Source of the DNA: Bdellovibrionales bacterium
GTDB lineage: Bacteria; Bdellovibrionota; Bdellovibrionia; Bdellovibrionales; JAGQZY01
Reading direction: 5' to 3'
NCBI GenBank assembly: GCA_031426555.1
Contig: JANPLN010000037.1
Location: forward strand, 1-23,765
DNA length: 23,765 nt
The notes under the pieces are model-generated. The model did not search any database and was not told the origin of the DNA. It saw nothing but the letters and a program-made list of their open reading frames with translations. Position numbers and translations under genes: made by a program. Shown here piece after piece: positions 17,377 through 23,765 of the stretch (its first letter is position 1; each line of letters begins with the position of its first letter).

Positions 17377-18170
17377 TTAAAAATTCCCATGTGCTAATTA
17401 CCGGAGCGTCCCGGGGTATCGGTCGCGCTTTAGCGGTGAGCTTTGCGCGAAAGCAAGCGCACATCATCATCACTCTTCGCAGTCCAGACTCAGAACTCGA
17501 AAAAGAGCTCACAACGTGTGGAGCTCTTTCGGTAAAAACCATTCTCGTCGATTTTTCGAGTAAAAAAGGTGTGGATGAGTTTTGTAAAACGATTGAGTCT
17601 ACGCAACAGCCCGTGGATATTTTAGTGAACAATGCTGGTTTACTGACCGGTGGTTTGCTCGAAAAGCAAAACCTCAACGACATTTACGCCATGATTCAAG
17701 TGAATCTGTTGGCGGTGATTCAATTGTGTCACTTTTTTATTCCTCGAATGATCAAGGCGGGAAGAGGCAAAATCGTTAACAATGCCAGCGTGTCGGGAAA
17801 GATGTTTATTCCTTGCGCAAACACCTACGCGGCTGCCAAGGCCGGTGTTGTGGCGCTTACCGAAAGTTTACAAGGTGAGCTGTCGGGGACGCCGGTTACC
17901 ACGCTGCTATTAATCACGCCCGGTGTAAAAACCGACATGTACGATAAAATTTCAACGGACTACGGAGATAATCTCGATCTCTCTTTTTTGAGTTCCATTC
18001 CAGCCTCTGAGTGGGCACAAAAAGTGGTGAATGCGGTGGAAACAGATCAGCCCCATCTTTACCCTTCGGGGATGACCTCGGTGGGAGTCTTTGTGGCTCA
18101 CCATATGCCTGCGCTTTTTCGAAAAATAGTGCTCAAAAAATTTAAAAGAACAGCCCTGTCTCCGAAGTGA
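17367..18170 (+). CDS. Short-chain dehydrogenase/reductase (SDR)
   Basis: Motifs TGASRGIG, LVNNAG and YAAAK. The likely start is GTG 17367, overlapping the upstream stop, with a GAGG SD. Confidence 0.92.
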   Translation: MSVIKNSHVLITGASRGIGRALAVSFARKQAHIIITLRSPDSELEKELTTCGALSVKTILVDFSSKKGVDEFCKTIESTQQPVDILVNNAGLLTGGLLEKQNLNDIYAMIQVNLLAVIQLCHFFIPRMIKAGRGKIVNNASVSGKMFIPCANTYAAAKAGVVALTESLQGELSGTPVTTLLLITPGVKTDMYDKISTDYGDNLDLSFLSSIPASEWAQKVVNAVETDQPHLYPSGMTSVGVFVAHHMPALFRKIVLKKFKRTALSPK

Positions 18171-18178
18171 CATTCTCG

Positions 18179-18207
18179 TTGCCTGACGGCGCGAACCCCT
18201 CCATACT
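18179..18207 (+). promoter_or_regulatory. Sigma-70-type promoter for the small basic ORF and corA
   Basis: TTGCCT-N17-CATACT, 23 nt upstream of ATG 18231. Confidence 0.6.
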
Positions 18208-18230
18208 AAATAAACAACAAGGAGACCGCT

Positions 18231-18332
18231 ATGGCTAAAACTAAAAAGAAAAAAAAGAGCAACCGTCTGCATGCCAAGAGAATTCTTAAAAAGAAAAGAA
18301 TGATCAAAGCAAAACAACGCAGCAAAAAATAA
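18231..18332 (+). CDS. 33-aa highly basic small protein
   Basis: Not in ORF track. MAKTKKKKKSNRLHAKRILKKKRMIKAKQRSKK, with an AAGGAG SD and an upstream promoter. It fills the SDR-corA gap. Confidence 0.7.
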   Translation: MAKTKKKKKSNRLHAKRILKKKRMIKAKQRSKK

Positions 18333-18339
18333 AGCGTAA

Positions 18340-19278
18340 ATGCAGACTCGGGAAATCAAAACAGATTCCTTTCATTGGGTGGATATCACCGACCCAACGG
18401 CTGCGGATCTGGAAAAAATTGGTAAACAATTTTCTTTGGATGCCACAGCAATACATGACTGTATGGAGCCCGAGCATCTGCCCAAACACGAGATACTCAA
18501 CGACGTGCATTTTGTTATCCTGCGGGCCTACGACTTCGAAGCTGATCGAAAATCCGACTCCGTGCAGACCATCACCACAAAAGTCGCCATCTTTATCTCG
18601 CAACAGTTTTTGATCACTATTCATCGTCAAGAACAGCCGTATATTCGCGAGCTTTTTGAAAAAACGCAAAATGAAAGCAAAGACAAAATTTTTTCTACGT
18701 TTGCACTAGCCAACGAGATTATTTATCGAGTGACGAAAACCTACGAAGTTGCTCTGCACGGAATGTACAAACTTTTTGATTCCTTTGAACAAGATGTTTT
18801 TAATAAGAATAAAAAAGTAAAATTGGTCCAGAGTTATCTTTTAAAACGTCGAATCAATATTATGCGACGAGTGCTGAGCTTAATGAAGGAGCCGATCCTT
18901 GGTCTGATGATAGCGTCACCTCCGAAATGCCGACAAGACTACAAAAATACCAAAGAGTTTGTCGATAAAATGTCCTATCAAACGGACGTGGTGCACGATA
19001 ACCTCGTGTCTCTGTTGTCGCTGCAAATTTCTCTCGCTTCGCAGCTCACCAACGAAGCTTCGCACAAGACCAGCGAAGTCATGCGCACGTTAACCATTGT
19101 TTCGATCTTTTTTATGCCACTTAATTTTTTGGCAGGTATTTATGGAATGAATTTTCCGTGGATGCCATTTTTAAACGACCAAATCGGCTTTTGGATCATT
19201 CTTATCGTGATGATCGCAAGCACTATGGGTGTTTACAGTTGGTTTAACCAAAAAGGCTGGTTGCAATCTAAGGATTAG
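18340..19278 (+). CDS. corA: CorA-family Mg2+/Co2+ transporter
   Basis: WVDITDPT N-terminus, YGMNFPWMP signature and two C-terminal TM helices. Confidence 0.92.
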   Translation: MQTREIKTDSFHWVDITDPTAADLEKIGKQFSLDATAIHDCMEPEHLPKHEILNDVHFVILRAYDFEADRKSDSVQTITTKVAIFISQQFLITIHRQEQPYIRELFEKTQNESKDKIFSTFALANEIIYRVTKTYEVALHGMYKLFDSFEQDVFNKNKKVKLVQSYLLKRRINIMRRVLSLMKEPILGLMIASPPKCRQDYKNTKEFVDKMSYQTDVVHDNLVSLLSLQISLASQLTNEASHKTSEVMRTLTIVSIFFMPLNFLAGIYGMNFPWMPFLNDQIGFWIILIVMIASTMGVYSWFNQKGWLQSKD

Positions 19279-19426
19279 GGACGTTGGATTTTTTTTCTTC
19301 TTCCTGTTCTTTTTGGATCTGGAGTGCTTTTTTGCCGGTCATTCCCACCCACTCAGGAAATAGGATCGAAATCACCACGTAACAAATTGTAAAAAAAATC
19401 ACTAAGCCAATGATTACCCAGCTCAA
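19268..19426 (-). CDS. 52-aa single-pass small membrane protein
   Basis: Not in ORF track. TTG start with an AGGAG SD overlapping the upstream TAG. Sequence MSWVIIGLVIFFTICYVVISILFPEWVGMTGKKALQIQKEQEEEKKSNVPNP. Confidence 0.65.
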   Translation of the reverse strand: MSWVIIGLVIFFTICYVVISILFPEWVGMTGKKALQIQKEQEEEKKSNVPNP

Positions 19427-19435
19427 CAGGAACTC

Positions 19436-19945
19436 CTAAAAGTAGTATCTAGCGCCAATTCCAATATCCAAATCGCCATCCACATCGGGTACGATTAAAA
19501 ACGATGGACCGATCTCGGCAAAAACTCCAAAACGTGTGGTGGCTGGCACCCACTCAAATCCCAGGAGCGCCCGGATAAAAACGCCCGTGCCAGAATCATC
19601 CCTTCTTCGATCGCAACCGAAGCGGCCGCAATCGTAGGAGTCGTCCCAGAAACTAATTCCTGCACCACCACCAATGTAACCTGTGGTTTCACGGCCAAAC
19701 TGGGTGGTTGAACCAAAAACGCCGCGAGCATGCCACAGGTAATCGGCATAGATCGCCACATCGTCACTTCCCGAAAAACCCAAACCAAAATCCACCGCAC
19801 TTTGCTCGTCGAGCCAAACTTTGCCAGTCGCCGAGACCATGCTTCCAATCATCAAACCCGCGCCAAAGTCAGACGGGGGAGCTGCGAATGCCGCAGGTGC
19901 GTTTGTCAAAATCAACATGAAGAGGAGAAGTAAAATTGTTTTCAT
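19436..19945 (-). CDS. Probable small outer-membrane beta-barrel protein
   Basis: Signal peptide MKTILLLLFM...AFA, FGAGLMIG strand and C-terminal IGARYYF. Start moved to ATG 19945. Confidence 0.75.
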   Translation of the reverse strand: MKTILLLLFMLILTNAPAAFAAPPSDFGAGLMIGSMVSATGKVWLDEQSAVDFGLGFSGSDDVAIYADYLWHARGVFGSTTQFGRETTGYIGGGAGISFWDDSYDCGRFGCDRRRDDSGTGVFIRALLGFEWVPATTRFGVFAEIGPSFLIVPDVDGDLDIGIGARYYF

Positions 19946-19951
19946 TGTTTG

Positions 19952-19980
19952 ATGGTAACGGGCGGTGACCAGCGGGTCAA
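19952..19980 (-). promoter_or_regulatory. Sigma-70 promoter, probably leaderless
   Basis: TTGACC-N17-TACCAT-N6-ATG with no SD. Confidence 0.7.
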
Positions 19981-19985
19981 GGCGG

Positions 19986-21971
19986 CTAGGAAATATGTTC
20001 GGCCAAAGCCGCAAGCAGACGAGAGGAATTGATCGGCTTCGTGAGATAATCGTGACAGCCGCTGGCGATGCTGCGTTCGCGATCTTCCTTCATGGCGTTG
20101 GCGGTCAAGGCAATGATCGGTTTGTTGTAGCCAGCAGCCCGCAAGGTTTTGGTCGCTGTGTAACCGTCCATGATCGGCATTTGGATATCCATAAGAATCA
20201 AATCAAAATCGTCTTTTAACGCTTTCTCAACACCCATGGCGCCGTTGGCCGCACTGTCTACGTTAACGCCGGCCTTGGTGAGGTAAAATCGCAATAAAAT
20301 TTGATTCTCTTCGCTGTCATCTACCACCAAAATATGTTTGCCGCGAAGATTCTCCACCGATCCATTCGTCAGAGTCTTTTCAGTTTTCGTCAGTTGATTC
20401 TTTGCGATATTTGTCTCGCTGATTGTCGCTACAAAAGCCGATCCTTGATTGAGGGTGGTGGTTTCTAAGATCACATCGCCTTCCAGGATTTGCGCCAGCC
20501 GTTTTGAAAGCACTAAGCCAAGTCCGGTGCCTCCATACTTGCGCGTGGTGGACTGGTCGGCCTGCGAAAAAAGTGTAAACAACTTCTTTCTTTGCTCTTG
20601 ATCTAAACCAATGCCGGTGTCAGTGACACGAAACTGCCAAGTGTTGTTATGAAACGAGCAGGTCACTGTGATTTCGCCTTGGTGGGTGAAGCGGAGAGCG
20701 TTGCTGATCAGATTCATCAAAATTTGTTGCAGGCGGACTCGATCGGAAAAAATAGTGAGAGGTGCTGCGGGATCGATAAGAAATCGCATTGTATTACCAC
20801 GCTCCTTAGCTTGCAGTTGAAACAGAATCTGCAGCTCGTCGATCAATTCTTGCAGCGGGAAAGTCGAGCTATCCACTTCCAGATGTCCAGACTCAACTTT
20901 AGAAATATCGAGAATGTCGTTGATGATACGACTCAAATTCTTCCCGGTACGCTCGATGACCTCCAGGTAATTTGTGCGATCTGCGGCACTCATCTCTGGG
21001 TCCTTCAGAGCCTCGGCGAATCCTAAGATAACTCCTAAGGGTGTGCGGATTTCGTGGCTCATATTGGCAAGAAATAGCGACTTGAGTTGGTTTGCGCTTT
21101 CAGCCTCTTTCCGTTCGCCAATATTTTTTTTGAGATCCTCGATCATGTTGTTTACCGAGCGCGCGAGCTGTCCCAGTTCGTCATTCGAGCGAACCGTTGC
21201 GGGTTGCGAGAAATTGCCCTGGCCCACAGCGTTTGTTGTTTGCATGAGTTCTTTCAGCGCGACGCTCAGGTTTTTTCCAAAACGAAAGGTCAAATACAAG
21301 CCCGTGCTTTCGATGGTGAGAACCGTCAATATCAGGATCCACATTAATACACTCTCAAGCCAGCGCGAACCAGCACCGAGGGATTCAGAAAAAGCATTCT
21401 CCAGCTTGCTTACTTCGGTATTAATTTCCGAAACCCGGCTCAGGCTTTTTCGCAAGCGTTCGCGATCGAAACTTCCATTTTGAATTTCTTGATGAATATT
21501 ATCTGACACCCTGATCAACTCATCCATCAAAGCATCTGCGCCTGTCCAGGCCACAATGGCATCGCTAATGTAACTGATACGATGAAAGCGGCGAAGTAGA
21601 TGAATCATGCCGTCAATGTCGCTTGGGTGGCTCCCTCCCTGGATAAATCCTTTTTTTACAGTTTCGTAGTCGAATGTGGGTTTCATCAGTTCGAGGCGCG
21701 AAAGACGATCCCCGTGGGGGACCTCGAGGTGTTTATAAAACTCTTTGGAATATTGCTCATCTTGATAAATTGCATACAAATACAAAGATTAAATCGCATT
21801 TTTTTGCGATTTTGACCAAACTCCCTCGGCGTTCACGAAAGCGCGTACGGCGGAAAGGGTGTTCATAGCAAAAAGCAGAGTGAAGAGTTCCAGCGCGATA
21901 AGGATGGCCATTAGTCCGACCACTGCATACAATTTTTTCGAAACTGAAAGATCTCGCCACAATGTCTTCAT
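19986..21971 (-). pseudogene. Hybrid sensor histidine kinase (TM-sensor-TM-HAMP-HisKA-HATPase-REC) interrupted by an in-frame TAA at 21789-21791
   Basis: ORFs 21789..21971 and 19986..21785 share one frame: ...EGVWSKSQKNAI*SLYLYAIY... Motifs SHEIRTPL (H-box), NLISNA, DTGIG, GGTGLGL and receiver DIQMP. Confidence 0.8.
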
Positions 21972-22040
21972 AGATATATCCCTAACTGGTTAAGATATCC
22001 CGAACCAGAATACAGCTGAAGTGGAGATTTCTTGACACAA

Positions 22041-23219
22041 CTAGTGGGACCCTCCGGAGTCCTTACAAATCCAATCTTCAAGCTCTTCGCGTTTTTGCAT
22101 TGTATCTTTGTAACCCAGATCGACTAACGGTTTTGTAAAACTTGGATGAAAAAGCAAATAGCTCGATAGGTCAGCGGTGTCTTGCCGAGAGCCTAAGCCA
22201 TCCATTAAAAACTGCAGCACCCTTGGAAAGCCCTGTTGCGAACAACTTTCGGCAACTTTTGCGATGTCCTGCGAGGGTCGAATGAGCTGGTAATCGAGGG
22301 CTGAGTAGTCCGAACGTTTCGTTTGAATGGATCGATGCACGCTTTGGATGATTTCGTTCACCAGCTCCAAGCGTTCCAGATCCAAATCAATGTTGTCGAA
22401 AAATAGGGCATTCAGCATGGAGCCCGCAACTTTTGCCACGCCGGGTTCTGATAAAAAAACAGTGGGGTCGGCTGTAGGTTGATCGTCAGGTGGATCGTCA
22501 TTTATGGGTTGGTATCGCACACCCACCATTAAGATTTTTTGTGCCCCTTGATGGATGACAGACGACGACGGTGCCGTGTTGCGAAACCCTCCGTCGGCGA
22601 AGTATTGATTTTTTATCTTCGTGAGAGGAAACAGCATAGGGATCGAACACGAGGCGAGAATATGCGAAGCGCCAATGGTCTCGTGCACGGAGTGCCTGTT
22701 GGAACGCTTCCATGAGGGACTATTGCCCTGAACAAAAGAGACAGTCTTTGACGTGTTAAAACAATAGGCCGTACAGGATAACGACTGGATAATGTTTTGC
22801 TCAATGTTTTCTTGAATCTGCTGAAAATGGATTTTTTTATTGAGCAAAGAAATTAAAGGGGTGGCGTTTAGGAGATACTGAGCCAACTTCTTCTGAAACA
22901 ACGACCCAAAACTCAAATCGCGGATCCATTTCGCGCTATTTTTGCTAAGGCTCAGTAGATCCGTGCGGTATATTTGTTCGGGAGTGATCTCTTGCCAAAT
23001 TTTTGCCAGCTGTTCTCCAGAAAATTCCAAGTCGGTGGCCTGGGAGGCGCTAAAAGCGGCATTAATGGCGCCAGCGCTGGTGCCTGACCAGATTTTAAAG
23101 GGATTTTTGTCGCCCAGAAGACTTCGTTTTTTAAGAATTTGGCCAAGGGCCATCAGCACTCCGGCCTGATAACTTCCCCGTGCTCCGCCACCGTGCAGAT
23201 TGATTCCTATTGTTTTCAT
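22041..23219 (-). CDS. Patatin-like phospholipase
   Basis: Motifs GGGARG, GTSAG (nucleophile) and DGG. The likely start is ATG 23219 (MKTIGINL). Confidence 0.9.
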   Translation of the reverse strand: MKTIGINLHGGGARGSYQAGVLMALGQILKKRSLLGDKNPFKIWSGTSAGAINAAFSASQATDLEFSGEQLAKIWQEITPEQIYRTDLLSLSKNSAKWIRDLSFGSLFQKKLAQYLLNATPLISLLNKKIHFQQIQENIEQNIIQSLSCTAYCFNTSKTVSFVQGNSPSWKRSNRHSVHETIGASHILASCSIPMLFPLTKIKNQYFADGGFRNTAPSSSVIHQGAQKILMVGVRYQPINDDPPDDQPTADPTVFLSEPGVAKVAGSMLNALFFDNIDLDLERLELVNEIIQSVHRSIQTKRSDYSALDYQLIRPSQDIAKVAESCSQQGFPRVLQFLMDGLGSRQDTADLSSYLLFHPSFTKPLVDLGYKDTMQKREELEDWICKDSGGSH

Positions 23220-23356
23220 GGATTTTAGAATAAAGGCTAACCCGAGAGCTGTAAAGGGAGCGGCCCTTGAAAGTGCCGAATTTCGGCAGTTGTCTACTTT
23301 ATAACAGTAATAACCCAATCGTGCGACCCCGGCGCGGCCTCGTTATTGCTTTGTTA

Positions 23357-23765
23357 ATGCTTATGCAAAACAAGACTTTTATTAAGAGTTTAATCTTAAC
23401 TGGAATTTTATCGACTTTTGTACCTGCGCACTCAGCAGCTCCCATGCAGACAACGAGAGAGGTTTTTCCGCTAACAAAAATACCTTTCAATCAACAGCGA
23501 CCCCTGCCAACGGAGCAGCTGTCGGAAAAAAGTTGGAATGAGCTCAAGGCAAAAGTTTTAAACGATTTTAGCAATCGTCTGAGTGGTGAGTTTAAAATTT
23601 CTGACGGCTTGCGCGAGCGGGCTGAATTTTGGTTTGATATTTACACCCGATATGGCGAAGCCCATCACGTGATCCATCATATGCGCTTTCCGTGGATTGT
23701 GTTCGAAGTTGTCGACGCCACAGATTTAGTTCGTCACAGCAAAGGACCGCTTTGGCTCCGCCGGG
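23357..23765 (+). CDS. Partial (runs off window) MltD-like lytic transglycosylase
   Basis: Not in ORF track. Open frame from ATG 23357/23363 with a signal peptide, then FKISDGLRERAEFWFDIYTRY...VIHH...PWIVFEVVD, which resembles the N-terminus of MltD-type enzymes. The catalytic part lies outside the window. Confidence 0.55.
   Translation, partial: MLMQNKTFIKSLILTGILSTFVPAHSAAPMQTTREVFPLTKIPFNQQRPLPTEQLSEKSWNELKAKVLNDFSNRLSGEFKISDGLRERAEFWFDIYTRYGEAHHVIHHMRFPWIVFEVVDATDLVRHSKGPLWLRR

Noticed and set aside
3506..21791. Genetic-code reassignment of TAA, or Sec/Pyl insertion, explaining the two internal stops
   Set aside because: TAA is the normal stop of dnaK, dnaJ, clpA, clpS, htpX and pilin. 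Sec and Pyl use TGA and TAG. Both internal stops have a TAA-T context that disfavours read-through.
23274..23288. Short inverted repeat TGCCGAA-T-TTCGGCA in the patatin/transglycosylase intergenic region
   Set aside because: It is a single 7-bp IR with no second copy or recognisable consensus. It could be an operator but is unsupported.

Overview
A bacterial chromosomal window, most likely from a Bdellovibrionota (Bdellovibrio-like predator). This is inferred from the slt-htpX-clpA-clpS / type IV pilin / dnaJ-dnaK neighbourhood, an xQNC-type lipoprotein signal and RxxAS motifs in a secreted protein. Housekeeping and envelope genes are a partial c-type cytochrome with a DUF1552-type Tat protein, a ParB-like secreted protein, Slt, HtpX, ClpA/ClpS, pilin, DnaJ/DnaK, two probable beta-barrel proteins, a Cys-rich FecR-like protein, an SDR, CorA, a patatin and a partial MltD-like protein. 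Four observations stand out. (1) A REP-associated HUH/Y1 tyrosine transposase (RAYT-like, apparently 5'-truncated) occurs with a family of AAGGTAC-terminated structured repeats. These include a three-stem element present twice with compensatory base changes and a 200-bp near-perfect palindrome whose loop holds two GGA hairpins. Three of the repeat ends sit directly on TAA stop codons. (2) Two genes (a secreted CHAD-like protein and a hybrid histidine kinase) are each split by a single in-frame TAA. (3) Two small ORFs are missing from the ORF track, including a 33-aa lysine-rich peptide with its own promoter directly upstream of corA. (4) Several genes show a leaderless-promoter architecture. 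All family calls come from motif recognition by eye; no searches were run.
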